The notes beneath the pieces are model-generated. The model made no database searches and was not told where the DNA came from. It saw nothing but the letters and a program-made list of their open reading frames with translations. The translations under genes were made by a program, and so were the position numbers. A stretch of 64,000 nt of DNA, taken from NCBI RefSeq assembly GCF_000150275.1, contig NW_002060981.1, positions 1 to 64,000 of the forward strand, read 5' to 3'. Below, one piece after another: positions 1 through 13,605 of the stretch (position 1 is its first letter; each line of letters starts with the position of its first letter). The stretch is from Trichoplax adhaerens (Eukaryota > Animalia > Placozoa).

Positions 1-725
1 AGTATTGACAGTTGATGTTTTAGCGTCAGATTGTACTGTAACTGTACGAGTATAGACTACATTACAGTACTTTATCGTCATGTTATAAATCCCCTTTCTC
101 TAAGGATAGGGTTTTGCTACTAAGTCAAATTTCTTTACAATTTGAATAGACGATCAAACGCCCTTTCTTTAGATTAGGCATTTGCTCTATAGGGCTACTT
201 CTATAGTAATCTATATAATACCTTGTAAAATAATGAAGAAGAAAAGATGGCGACATGATGATTTGGCAGGGTAAAACTTAAAGACACTATCACTTTGTAG
301 GTATTTTGTATAGTAAAATAATACTAATTACATACTAAAAACTACAAAGGACTCTACTTTTAGTCCTTTTACTACAGGATGTTAATAAAATGTTGTCAAA
401 TTATGCAAAGTAAACTTGCAAATGAGTGTTCAATCATAATATTACTACTCAGCAATGGTTAATATAATTTTAATCTGTCCAGTAGCATTATTCTTCACAT
501 TAGGATATGTAGAGCAGATATTATAATTGCCGAATTACTATCAAAGACTGTAATAAGGTTTCATCCGTGAATGCATTATTGAAAAGTAGTATTCTACAAG
601 CATAGCTGTGAATATAGTAGTGCCCGGCTATTACCGGGATATATATAATGTCGAATGGTAATACTAACTATTAATTATTAACAAATGGGTACTTTATCAA
701 ATGCCCCACCCACCCGTACAATTAA

Positions 726-810
726 CAGTACTGTACTGTAGTAAAAGTACTGTACAGTATTGTAGTATTGTACAGTACTGTACTGTACAGCATACAGTAC
801 AGTACACGGA
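726..810. repeat. TACAG/CTGTA pentamer array
   Basis: cagtactgtactgtag..tacagtactgtactgtacagcatacagtacagtacac. Confidence 0.8.
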
Positions 811-921
811 TACACGGTAAAAAGTTACTGAACCTCTGACAGGTCTATCAAATGGTAACACTATCTGTTAAATGAGCACATTATCGTAAACCGTCAGCAA
901 AGCGACGGGAGTTTGCACTAG

Positions 922-1222
922 TATTGATTGAAAGCTAAGTTTTATAACACTATCCACTTTTGCGACGTCTAAATTTGGTGATTTAATATCAAAAGAGGGA
1001 GATTTATAATCATCGTCAATGACGACTTTGTGACTACCTAATAAATTAAATTAAGTATTCAACTGAAGTAATATTTTTGTTTCAGTATAGAAAGTAGTGG
1101 CTTTAAATTTTAAGATTGTTAAATGAATGCTATATGTGTTGATTCTGTCAATTGTTCCTTTATGACATTCGACGGCAAGATTCCGGCATTAGTATTATAC
1201 AATTTAAAACTTCAAAGTTTTA
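922..1222 (+). repeat. 301-bp segment duplicated at 14574-14874 (upstream of GC2)
   Basis: Ungapped match at offset 13652 with only three substitutions seen; runs into the N gap at 1223. Confidence 0.92.
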
Positions 1223-1272
1223 NNNNNNNNNNNNNNNNNNNNNNNNNNNNNNNNNNNNNNNNNNNNNNNNNN

Positions 1273-4208
1273 GNAAGCTGTCGTAGCTGAAACTTATGAT
1301 GATGTTACAGTCTACTTTAGTGATATAGTTGGATTTACCGAAATTTGTCATACGAGTACAGCTATGCAAGTAGTGGAAATGCTCAATTATTTATATGTTC
1401 AGTTTGACAGCCGACTAGAAAATTATCAAGTATATAAAGTAGAAACTATCGGCGATGCTTATATGGTCGTATCTGGTCTACCAAAGAGACTAGACGAAAA
1501 TCGTCATGCCGATGAGATTGCAAATATGGCATTAGATTTATTAGAATTGGTTGGTAATTTAAAAATACCTCACAATCCAACCTATGGCTTAAAATTGCGT
1601 GCTGGGATTCATTCAGGTAAATAAATTACCGAGTTATTTATCAAACGTATCAAAAGAAAATACTATTGACAGTCGATCATATGTAAGATATTGGTCATCT
1701 ACGGTATACAGCAGTGATAAATAGGATAGAAGTTGGTAAAAAAATATTGTTAATCTGAAATATTTTTCTCCTTGTTAATAATCGATGAAATTGATGGTGA
1801 TATTTTACGCCTAGGAGCTTGTGTTGCCGGGGTTATAGGTATGAAAATGCCTCGATATTGTTTATTTGGTGATACAGTTAACAATCTGTCGGTTTTGATT
1901 CATAGCCGAACAGTACAAAATTATTTTACAAAAACGAGCTTTTCAGGACAGTTATATGCTATATGCATAATGGGATTATTTGAGAAAGTTTAACACTGTG
2001 TAATAATCCATAATTGAGTCTTTTAGAAGGTTAAAGATATTGCAATTTAACGATTGCAATTACTATTGAACTTGATTTTAAGTACTTTTAATTTGAAGTG
2101 TGTAAAGCTTCTAATACTATTTTTTACCACTTTAGCTTCTAGAATTCATTGTAGCCAAGCATCTTATGACTTATTATCAAAAACTCGTCAATATGAACTA
2201 ACACTGAGAGGGGAAATAAACATTAAAGTAAGCCTAATAGCCTATGATATAGTTCCTTTCATGTTAATGATAAGGGCATACATGTACCGGCTTCTGACAA
2301 TCTCTCCGTTTATACTGTTGTACTGTAAAGATTCAAAATTCCCCGTTATAATCAGGTTAATCATGAACGTTAAAATTCTGCATGGACTGAACTTCCTTCA
2401 GCTAGTGATAACACTTAATCTGTCACATAAAATTTTGTCTTTATCACTTTCGCACCGGTTACTGGTCCAAATGTTAATTGCATTATTTNNNNNNNNNNNN
2501 NNNNNNNNNNNNNNNNNNNNNNNNNNNNNNNNNNNNNNCAATACCTCACAATCCAACCTATGACTTAAAATTGCGTGCTGGGATTCATTCAGGTAAATAA
2601 ATTACCGAGTTATTTATCAAACGTATCAAAAGAAAATACTATTGACAGTCGATCATACGTAAGATATTGTTCATCTACGGTATACAGCAGTGATAAATAG
2701 GATAGAAGTTGGTGAAAAATATTGTTAATCTGAAATATTTTTCTCCTTGTTAATAATTGATGAAATCGATGGTGATATTTTACGCCCAGGAGCTTGTGTT
2801 GCCGGGGTTATAGGTATGAAAATGCCTCGATATTGTTTATTTGGTGATACAGTTAACACTGCTTCTAGGATGGAGTCGAACGGAGAAGGTATTTCAATCT
2901 AAATTATTATGGTTTATTAATTGCAGTTTAGAAAAGATGGTAGTTGGTTAACAATCTGTCGGTTTTGATTCATAGCCGAACAGTACAAAATTATTTTACA
3001 AAAACGAGCTTTTCAGGACAGTTATATGCTATATGCATAATGGGATTATTTGAGAAAGTTTAACACTGTGTAATAATCCATAATTGAGTCTTTTAGAAGG
3101 TTAAAGATATTGCAATTTAACGATTGCAATTACTATTGAGCTTGATTTTAAGTAATTTTAATTTGAAGTGTGTAAAACTTCTAATACTATTTTTTAACAC
3201 TTTAGCTTCTAGAATTCATTGTAGCCAAGCATCTTATGACTTATTATCAAAAACTCGTCAATATGAACTAACACTGAGAGGGGAAATAAACATTAAAGTA
3301 AGCCTAATAGCCTATGATATAGTTCCTTTCATGTTAATGATAAGGGCATACATGTACCGGTTTCTGACAATCTCTCCGTTTATACTGTTGTACTGTAAAG
3401 ATTCAAAATTCCCCGTTATAGTCAGGTTAATCATGAACGTTAAAATTCTGCATGGACTGAACTTCCTTCAGCTAGTGATAAAACTTAATCTGTCACATAA
3501 AATTTTGTCTTTATCACTTTCGCACCGGTTACTGGTCCAAATGTTAATTGCATTATTTCATAGTATATGAAAACAATTTTTATTAAATGTATACCTTGCA
3601 GTCAATAATATATTTCGATACAGATGCTATCAAACTAATAAACATAAAGCAATTTTTTCTTCAAAGTTTGTTAAATAACTAGATTTGTGAGTAAACGAAG
3701 GGCTTTACCACCTCTTGATCATGTTAAATATAATTATCTTACGTACCGTACAATCTTTTCGTGCGATCCAAAGACTTCAGTATTATTTCCTAAGGTCATT
3801 GCATCTCCATAATTATGAGAATACGACTTAACAGTATTTTCACTACAATATAACTTTATAGTCTCTACTATGCATAAATAATGTGGTGTACAACTTCCCT
3901 ATTATCACTCCATGCAGAAGAGTTCAAATAATATATTCTTCCGGCAAACGCTAGCTTTGAAGGATGGAAAATATACTTATAATTAATTTGAGCTGTTAAA
4001 TGAAATCCTGCAAATTAGATAATGGAAAATTTGAAGTATTGTCCGATAGTAACGATGTGATATTTAATTAAGATATTGTGTTATGACTTTTTTAAATTAG
4101 GGTTTAGGAGCAATGAAAACATATTGGTTATTAGGGCGAATGATAACTTTGAATGTGTTTATCTATGACTTCAATGCTATGCCAGAATTTTTACAAGACA
4201 ACATCTAA
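1273..4208 (+). CDS. Guanylate cyclase paralog 1 (GC1), catalytic domain only; 5' part lost in N gap, probably NIT-GC family. Exons ~1273-1616, 2790-2888, 3206-3297, 4101-4208
   Basis: Translation gives [65 protein letters not shown] boundaries are phase compatible. E of KVET and C of YCLF indicate GTP specificity. Confidence 0.9.
1563..3560 (+). repeat. Near-identical tandem duplication (~1563-2488 vs ~2540-3560) separated by a 50-N gap; the first copy lacks 95 bp
   Basis: Direct comparison. ORFs 2054-2563 and 3124-3570 are nearly identical. The deletion lies between two GTTAACA copies (2852-2858 and 2947-2953 in copy 2). Confidence 0.9.
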
Positions 4209-4363
4209 ATGAACAGACGGGCCTTTTAAATGTTAGTAGTAAATCAATTTCAGAGTGCTTTCAAAATATGGCATAGTGCTCCCATTTAATGTCGTAAAGG
4301 ACGTGGTCTGTATTTATAAGCTGATTAAATATCCACTAAGAAATTAAAATTAATCTTTGCTAT

Positions 4364-4913
4364 TGTAATGTAACTTAGTATTGTGATTGTAGACTGTTAG
4401 CCATGTGTAGTATAATGTACGGTAGATATTTATCCTAAGAGATATTTGGTAGCTGTAACTATAGACTGTAGTGGTAGAGACTCTATGCTAGAGTACAGAT
4501 GACTATATACAGTAAGGTGTTGAGTTACTAATATGGCTATAGGTAAAAATAGAACTGTAAATCATATATTAGGATATGGTTAATTCATTGTACTTTGGCT
4601 GGTGTGAATAATGTCTACGTAAGTACTGTAGTCGTATCCATATTGGATTAATGATAGTCCGCAGTAGAATAGTCTTACTAAGAATAATTTAACTATGTGT
4701 AAAATAAGGTAAAAGGTTGCAATGCGGATTGTAGCTGCGAATGCTACGGAAGGTATAAAAGCATGCAACTTTAGATTATTCTGTTAGTTCGTTCTAGAAG
4801 TCTTTAGAAGTAGTATTCGGCTAGAGTAGAGCTGTGTAGTTAATCTTTGTATAAGATTGAATAAAGCCCTTATTTTTCTAAAATTTGGAATTTCGTGATT
4901 GGTATATATCACA
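4364..4913 (+). mobile_element. Solo LTR, family A, 550 bp
   Basis: Starts TGTAAT and ends ATCACA; 5-bp TSD GCTAT (4359-4363 / 4914-4918); internal TATAAAA (~4754) and AATAAA (~4860); second copy inverted at 13606-14156. Confidence 0.92.
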
Positions 4914-6455
4914 GCTATCAATAAGATTGAACCATGATTTAGTATAGTTTGAAGACTATCATAAACTATTGGTATCATTTTTTAAAATAAGTACGCTTTT
5001 TTACTTTTTCATATAGTGATTGAATTGCTACATTATTAATTAGTATTAATTTAGATTTTACAATTAAGAAATGATTTACAAACTATTGTTAACGAAAATA
5101 ATGAGCATTAAGCCTACAGTATATACATGTGAGAAAATTTAGCCACTGAAAGCGTTTAATGTTGAACATATTATGGAAACAAAAAGATTCGATTTTGACA
5201 TATAAATAAATTTTCTTTACTGAAGCAATAACCGAACTTTCAGTACGTTTTAGATTTATGGTTAGCTAATGCATGCAGTACCAGGATTATAACATCGATC
5301 TAATACTACCTTAGTACGCAACTTTAAGACACTAATCTTATTTTATCTCTTATCATAACAATCTTTGTCCTTTAATGAACTATATTATTTCTGTAATGAT
5401 TGATAGAAACATTGCGATATAATGTTACTAGAAATACAAGTAGAAATTGATTTAAAAATATGTTCTTAAGCCACTAGTCATAGAGAATTTTTCATGCTGC
5501 TTTCGATAAATAAGACAGATTGAAATTCACCGAAAATACCACTATCTAAAATATCATCTACGACCGTAAAAATATTTGCATAATTTCTAATATTATCTCA
5601 GTGATTATAACTGAGATTTGCGTAGTGAAACTATAGATTTTTGGATAAAATTTGGTTATAATTAAATTCAGAGAGACGTATCATCATTGCAGCTTCCTAG
5701 TGATAGACGATGGTCAGTATTGAGTCATAGTAGAGATAAATGTCTGGAAGACATATAATAGTGAATTCGTTGCAAATATCGACTTGGAAGAGCTCAGTAC
5801 CCTAACGCAGTAGTATTATACTTTTAGTAGCAAATAGTAAGCAATAATGATTTTTAAACAATTTGCGTCTGAGGATATGCAATAAAGCCTATTAATTTAG
5901 CTAGCTTGCTCTGCACGCATTGGATATGTCATTTTCAGTATAATATTACTTGATATTGTATTCAGCACGCACTCAGCAGATATTTATCAACAATAACATT
6001 GAATACATATACTGTAAGTATTATTGTATATCCTAGAATATATAAACTGATCATGAGAAAGGTATAACGGTGAACTAAAATGATGGGACAAGTAGGTTAG
6101 GATATTTAATATTTGACACCCATCCCGATATTCTCATCCCTTTATGACTATTGATGAAGCTGTTAAATGATTTTGAAAGAAATTCGCAATAGCAAGTGCT
6201 TTATTTTCGTTGTGTGATACTATAAAAGATGACTATAATTCAAATTGTGTTTGTTGCAATATTAGGTTAATTAATTAACATATCATACACTTAATGAGTT
6301 TTAAATAAGATAAGCCATTAGGAACACTAGCTATGATGAAACAGTACACACAGATGTGCATCTAGAAATCAGGAATTGTCTAACCTGAGAACGATTTAAT
6401 TGCCCATTCCGTTTGCCCAAGAGAATTTAAGGTAGTAATTTTAAGCTAAAGGAAC

Positions 6456-7080
6456 TGTGACAGTGTTACAGACTGTATTAGAGTAGAAATATCTATGTTA
6501 GGATCCTTCTGTTAGCCTATCCTTATTTAGTTAACTTCTAATTTGCATATACTATGTTTTAATATAGCACTGACTTCTTATGACAGTGACACATATACAC
6601 ATACTGAAATTAATAGTTATAATAGGAATGCAAATCATCTACTCACAGTTCGAATCATTGTGATTATAATTTACTTATGATAGATTGTAAATTATCGTGG
6701 AAATGTTCCGTGATAGGACATATCGTAATCTGACTATTCTGTATTAGTCATCAGATGTCTATATTCGTAAATACTGTTGCTTGCATTAAGGGAGCAGTAG
6801 CTATAATTAATATCTAATTCAGTAAATGATTCTAAAGTTAATCGTACTAACTATGACTCATGAACTATTGAGGAAGAGTATATAAATACAGTATATCGTG
6901 TAATAAAGTGGATTCTCAAACTTAGTGTTTAACGTAAAATACGAGGCGTTTAAGTCTTTGTGTAGTCTGCTAGTAGAGTAAAAGTGTTTCTGATAGTTCA
7001 GATATCGTTCCTTGATACGTGGTTCAAGGAATTGATTGATCGTACATTATGTTATCTTATTGCAAAGCTGTTTTATGATA
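6456..7080 (+). mobile_element. Probable older solo LTR related to family B
   Basis: GGAAC direct repeat at 6451-6455 and 7081-7085; starts TGTGACA, ends TGATA (decayed CA); TATAAA then AATAAA; shares GTGTTTAACGT...GGCGTTTAAGTC with the 8937-9490 element. Confidence 0.55.
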
Positions 7081-8936
7081 GGAACGCTTCAAGAATTTTA
7101 AGTAGATCATATTTTATCGCTAATTCGTATGACAGCGGATTGGAAATTTTTAAATAAAAATTTATGCAAGGTAGCGGCATTAGATGCAAATCTAGACCGC
7201 AGTGACTTGATTACGAATATTTTGTGGCCTAGTCATTATGTGAAATCAACCGAATCATATCGAATGATATACAAAATAATTAATCCGAGGCATTGTGTTT
7301 GAGTAATTGAACGTGTATTCAAATTACGGCAATCTTTTATAGTTTGAAAGATAATAACGTCACTTGTGTAAATTCGCTCATAAAATTATTTTCTCATGAA
7401 TAAAAAGGATCGCATCAAATTACCATAGCCAAAATTTATCATAGTAATGTCCATAGAACTGGTATTATGACAATATGATGTGAAATTGTACGTAACTTGG
7501 TGTCTTTCATGATAGGTGTTACTGTTGATTCCCTTACAATTCGCAAAAGTCGTAAATATGATTTAGTGATCGTAACTAATCATTCTTATTTTTAAATACT
7601 GTTAGTCTGAGACTTATATCGTAGCTTAGGGCTATAAAAGGCCACTAATTTTAGCCGTGAGCAATATCATTTTATGCTTTGCTCTATGCATTACCTAACG
7701 CCATAAAAATGTGATAACATAAATAGTACTAGTAGTAGATAATAATAATGCTTGAAAATAAGCCTTGCTTTTTCAGTATACCGCCAAGGTCAAAAATTTT
7801 AGAAAAGAATTCCAGTTAAGATAGTAAAATGAATTCAGTAATTGCAATGAAGTTAAATTAAAGAGGAATCTTTTGACTTGACAATTGTTAATCTAATTCT
7901 ATGGTAGCAGCTGCATAACTTAAATTGTATGCCTTAGAGGAAAAATGCCAGTATGAAATTTATTCTAACAATGTTTTTCATCTATTTTTCGGTAGTTAGT
8001 GTATTTACGGAAGGTAATATGATTAATAAAAAGATTGATGCAAAATTAAAGTTAAAATTGAGCTGCAAGTAATTATATTATAGAAGCATTATTTATTAAT
8101 TGTTTAAAGTAAGTTATAAGCTATTATTGATTTAATAGCAATCGTGTATCCTGCAAACTTGAAATCAGATCTATATACTTGTCAAATATCGTTATCAAGC
8201 TATTATCTTCTATGATAGTAATATCTCAGCTAGTAATAACTTCATCGTGATACCAGAGTAATTTCAATTATACTGTTTATATCGGACTTTGCCTTATTTC
8301 TATACAGTCGGAATGAGTAAAATAATGAAATAAAGTAAATGACTTTTTCAATTTGTTTACAAATAGAAATAAAATGAATCTGTTAATAGCTCTTCCTATT
8401 TTTAAATATTGAGAAACAATTAAGGTATTTGGTATCAACCGCTTAAATCTATTCATCATTATAATTGAGATATCATTATGAATTTTTAAGAGTACATTGA
8501 TGACAGTTAAGTAATTGTTTTGGAATCTCATTTTATTACGGCAATTTTTCAAGTGCATGACCGGAAGAAAATTCGGAACAGATGATCCGAAAAGTCTTTA
8601 TAAAATATCTATCAACAAGTTTTGAAAGATTCCGCAAATATTATCAATTTTAGTCATTGGAAGATAATAAAATATACTCGTACGCAACGTGTGGAACATT
8701 TCATCGTATACGTCAGGTTTTCCTCTTATTCTGTTGAATAGAATTATTTAATGTCCATTAAAGTAGGTAGAACATTATTGATTACTATATAAAAGAATTT
8801 CTATCTTATCAGACATTGATGTTATTTTTTCACTTTCATGTTTGTTCTTCTACTACCGCCGCATTTATCGATGTTGTCGATGAAATTGCAAGTACGAGTA
8901 AACTATGTAAAGCATCTACCTATTATTGTGACGTTA

Positions 8937-9490
8937 TGTTAGGGTGTTGCCTTGTCATTAGGATAGTTTAATAAGTACAGCAGTAGCTAGTACGGAGAAT
9001 ATCCATATTTGTAAAGCTAGGTAACATAAGCAATGCCTTAACGTGGATGTTGTTTGTAATAGTTCATAACATACTTGATATTGATTGTTATTGTGTGATA
9101 GATAGCAGTAAGATGATTCAAGTTCTAGTTGATGATAGTTGAATTAGACAATCTACAAGCTTAGATTAAGATTAAGATTAAGTATGAGTAAGAGATTCAA
9201 AATATTTACTAATAGAAAAGCTATGTAAGGAACATCTCTGTTCGAGATGCTCCTCCTAGTAAGGTATGATAATAATACTGTTGTTACAAGTTAGATGGTT
9301 CCTATATAAACGGGAACTTTTGAGTTGAGTGGTGTGGTAAAAAATTGTAGATGTATCTTTGCTAATAAAAGTTTCATCTTTACAGTATTTTACTATGTGT
9401 GTTTAACGTTAAGTAAAAGGGCGTTTAAGTCAGTAGCTACTTATAGACTTTTACTGTGCGTTACCTTGTCGCAGAAGTGAAATTGTGACA
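8937..9490 (+). mobile_element. Solo LTR, family B, 554 bp
   Basis: TGTTA...TGACA ends; 5-bp TSD CGTTA (8932-8936 / 9491-9495); TATATAAA at ~9303 and AATAAA at ~9364. Confidence 0.75.
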
Positions 9491-10839
9491 CGTTATCATA
9501 CCAAAATCAGGCAGAGACAGAAATTAGCCTCTCACTAATATGACATAAATAATTAATAGCTTCTATAACATAGCCAAAAAATTACTATATTTATGCACAT
9601 TCACCATTGCCATAAAATAGATGCAGGTGCTTAGTGGGTTTAAAATACTGCTATAATCGGCAAAGACAAAAGATCATTTCATATTGTTATTTTAAATAAA
9701 TCGTATTATCCAACTTATTCAATTTACCAATTAAAGCTTTAAATCTATTCATAGATTGTAATCAATAATATGATTACATTATCAAAATATCTTGATTCAA
9801 ATTCCGAAATAATCGCAATAATACGCATTAGACCTAATTAGAACTGTCAATAAGCAAGTCGGAATTACAATTTAAACTTTGATGAACACAATTTTAGTGA
9901 CAATAGTACGTAATTAGGCAAATATGATATTAATATCTTCTATTGCTGGAAGCTACCTTTGTAGTGATAAATCTTCGTTTATTTACTAGTAGCATTGTTT
10001 AAGCAAATACTTGCATAATTTAAATATATTGACATCTTAAAATGAATACTATAGTCATAAAAATATAATAAAAGATCTCTTTTATAACGATTGAGATAAA
10101 ATAGAATTAAAAGAAGGATATAATTGATACCACTTTATTTCTGTTTGTAATTCATCTCTATTTTAAAATTTTAATATTTAGCTGTGATAAAAATATCGGA
10201 TATAACCATAGACATTTACCTAAATCCTTAATTTCATTGCTTTACTTGTAAGTTTGACATACCGATTGCCTGTGTTTCTCGATTAAGACATTACTTTATG
10301 AACTCTACACCACTAATTTAGCATTTGTTAGATTTCAGTTACAGTTTATAACTTTTATACTGCGACTATATAACTTTAATCAATACTAGTGCATACTGGT
10401 GAGCTTTTTCGTCATCAGCGTCAAACTGGATCATCCTAAGGTAAGTCGTAAAGTCTCTACATAGGCAGTTAATACATTAGTAGCTTGCTAGATTCTATTA
10501 TCTATTGTTAAATTATCGAATTTACTATCAACTTTGCACAAGATCGTTACGAATTGATTCGAGATTTATTTTTTCCAAGGTCTAATATTTTTTATATGGT
10601 CAAATTTTTTTGTATTTAATAGATATAAGATTCTACTGCCATTTTGTTCTCACCAATGAGGGAGATATATTAGTGATACGGAATCTTAAGTTTTTGAAAG
10701 GGTCGCATTAGAATGCTATTCGAAGGGTATTGGAGTGATTGATTTTCATTCTATTAGTTAAATTTATTTTCAGTACTTATATGTATTCATAATCAAGGAC
10801 AGAATAAGTAATAAGGGAGAGTAGACAACAAGAGCTCTC

Positions 10840-11080
10840 AATAATTTTGTATCCAGTAGCGGATCAGATTCAAGAAGAATTTGTAGAAAAGCTTCTAGAT
10901 CTTGTTCGTATCATTAGTATTTACTCACTTAATCCATACTTTGGTGTACGAGTAGTTCCTAAGCGAGAACGGTATTCTGAGCTATTACTGCAATTATGTA
11001 AATCTTGTAAGCTACTACTAGCTTGAAAGATATTAAAAACCTCAGTCTAAGTCGATTATTAAAAGAATTTCGAGAAACGA
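10840..11080 (+). pseudogene. Possible highly decayed Ty3/gypsy-like reverse transcriptase fragment
   Basis: KLLDLVRII..NPY..VVPKR, then after a frameshift NGILSYYCNYVNL, loosely resembling the gypsy RT N-terminal LLDLGII..SPY..VVPKKDGSLRLCIDYRKLN pattern. Confidence 0.25.
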
Positions 11081-13605
11081 ATGAGCCTATCATTAGTAGA
11101 AGTAATTTTAGATGAAATTTAAAGACATCTCTGAAATGGACAAGGTTGTAAAATATGAGAAGAGGTTAGTTTTAGTGATTAACGGCTATTTTTTAATCTA
11201 TCACATAATCATTTGTTTTATGGATTTCTTTTATGATAATTGGGTTTGCTTTCTTTTAGAAATTGACGTCCTTAGAGATAATTGATTGAAATTTGACAAA
11301 TATACCTTTTTGATCTTTGTTAAGGTCAGCTATTCGTTCGAGAGAACAATATTCGAATAATTGAGTCATTTGATTGTAATAACATTATCTACATGATGTT
11401 TGCATGTCATTGATGATCTTGAGGTCCATTCATTTTCAACTTGACGCAGATACTTTAGCTAGATTTAAAAGTTATACAATAAATCAATTAAGGGCATACA
11501 GTAATATAAGACTTAAATTGTTTGTAAAGTCCTAATTTCAAATCTAAATAATAAAACGAATATTTAGAAGGCTTAGAAATCTTAATTTACATAGGAATGC
11601 TCAAATATAGCCATTTAAAACTATTCGATCGTTATTTCTCTTAAATAGAAGTGATAAGGGTGATAAATGTTCGTTTAGACTCGGAAAATCTATTGGTAAT
11701 TGATATCACAGTCACTGAAAACAAAGTTTGGACAACCGTGGGTATTTAGATTTAATTAAAGTTGGAAAGATTACAATCACTGTATTGATGCTATTTGGTA
11801 GAGATTACATTAGCTTTTTACCAAGAAATATATTTTACATAAGGGCAGCTTTATGTTAATCAACGGTAGATTAGCGCCTGTTAACAGGATATATATTTTT
11901 TCAGGATGTCTTAATATTGATTCTTGATTAGTTAACAGGCGTATGGAATGTTTCGATATTTCATACAGGATCGTATTTAAAGATAAACAGTAGATATTGC
12001 CAATTTCATATAATCGTAAAATGCTATGGTAAATTGGCATAGATATTGAATCACTTAAATGAGAATAAGATTATTGAAAGAATTCAAACTAACAAAATTG
12101 AATGATTCTGTAAATTCTGGAGAAATTGATAATATTCGTACATACCATCATTTTTTCGATATAACACGCTCTGCTAGACTATCATAGCTTATATTGAAGG
12201 GATTCCTTGTCTTTGAATATAGAAACGTCCTTGAAGGTGCGGGAATGTTCGATATGGCTCGAATGAAGATAATTTTTTTTATATCACGCCGATACATATG
12301 CTACATCGGCGGAAAAAATGCTAATTCCTGATTTTAGAAAGCGATCAGACTATGGATTTAGTCTAAAAATATCGATTATAGACCGTAATTCCTTACCCCG
12401 GTTATTTATTAAAATCAAAGAGGCCGGAAAAAGCTTCCTTTTCTCTTTTCATGGTTAAAATATTGAATTAATGTCCTATCTAGAAGTTCTATTTATTGGA
12501 ATTACTTTTATTTCGGTAATATGAAATTTTTGGAATGGCATTAAAAATATAATATAGAATTTATTCCATGATTGCAATTTTCCTTTATATTCCCGAATGA
12601 TTAACTTAATTCTTTTACTGTAACATAAATCATATATCTGTCCGTAATCAGAACGGAGGGATACGTAAGAATAATAGTATATTTCGATAACGAGGCTATA
12701 ATACGGTGCTAGAAAATCATAGCAGCATTAGGATGATGTTTTAGTTTTATTACCAGGCGATTTAAAAATCATTGTATGTCTGAATAGCAGAAATAGGCTA
12801 GTAGATCGTTAAACTGTTTCATCATGAAAGAGCATTATTATGATAGTATTATGTCATAAAATGTGAAATAGCAATGTTTACGTAAATCGCGTAATTGCGT
12901 AATTCGTACCCTTTGATCCATTTTTATGTGTAAGCAATTGTCCTAGGTTAAATAGTGATAGCGTAATAGAGTATATTGTTTACTCCCGTAGGTGCAATGA
13001 TTAAAATATAATTGATAAATTATTATTTCTGTTCAATGAAAGCGTGGCTTGATGATTTTATAATGATAATGTCGGTTACTATATATTTTAGAATTTTGTA
13101 AATCGAATGTACTGTAAAAATGATAGAAAGATAATATAACAAATATGTAGCCCGGTATACGCTTGTAGTGCAACTTCAAGTACCAACAGTTTCTCTTCTT
13201 ACTGGAATAGTATGTCTTTCTAAATCAAAATTGTTGTCAGTAAGTCTATCTCAAGACTAAAGTCATACTAGAATTTTGATAATATATCTGCGCGAAACCA
13301 TCACTAATGAAGAAATAGGAGTTAAAATTTAAAATTAAAGTATCATCGACTAATTTTATAAGCACCGATATGAAAAGTAAGGAAATGAGGCCATTAATTT
13401 TAATATTAGTAGTATTCATCAAATTTAAATGCAAAATATGCATGCAAGCTATGATTTTAATCTTTCTAAGAGGGGCTTGATATCATCAATGACTGTATTA
13501 TATAATAACACGATTTCTAGAGCCTTATAATTACAGAAATGAATGCTAGAGCAGAGGTTTTAATAGCGTGAAACTACAACCATTAAGCGTTCGAGACTAT
13601 GGCCA

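Noticed and set aside
4580-4768. 62-aa ORF repeated at 13753-13941
   Set aside because: Both lie inside the family A solo LTRs and start at a non-ATG codon; similarity reflects the repeat, not a gene.
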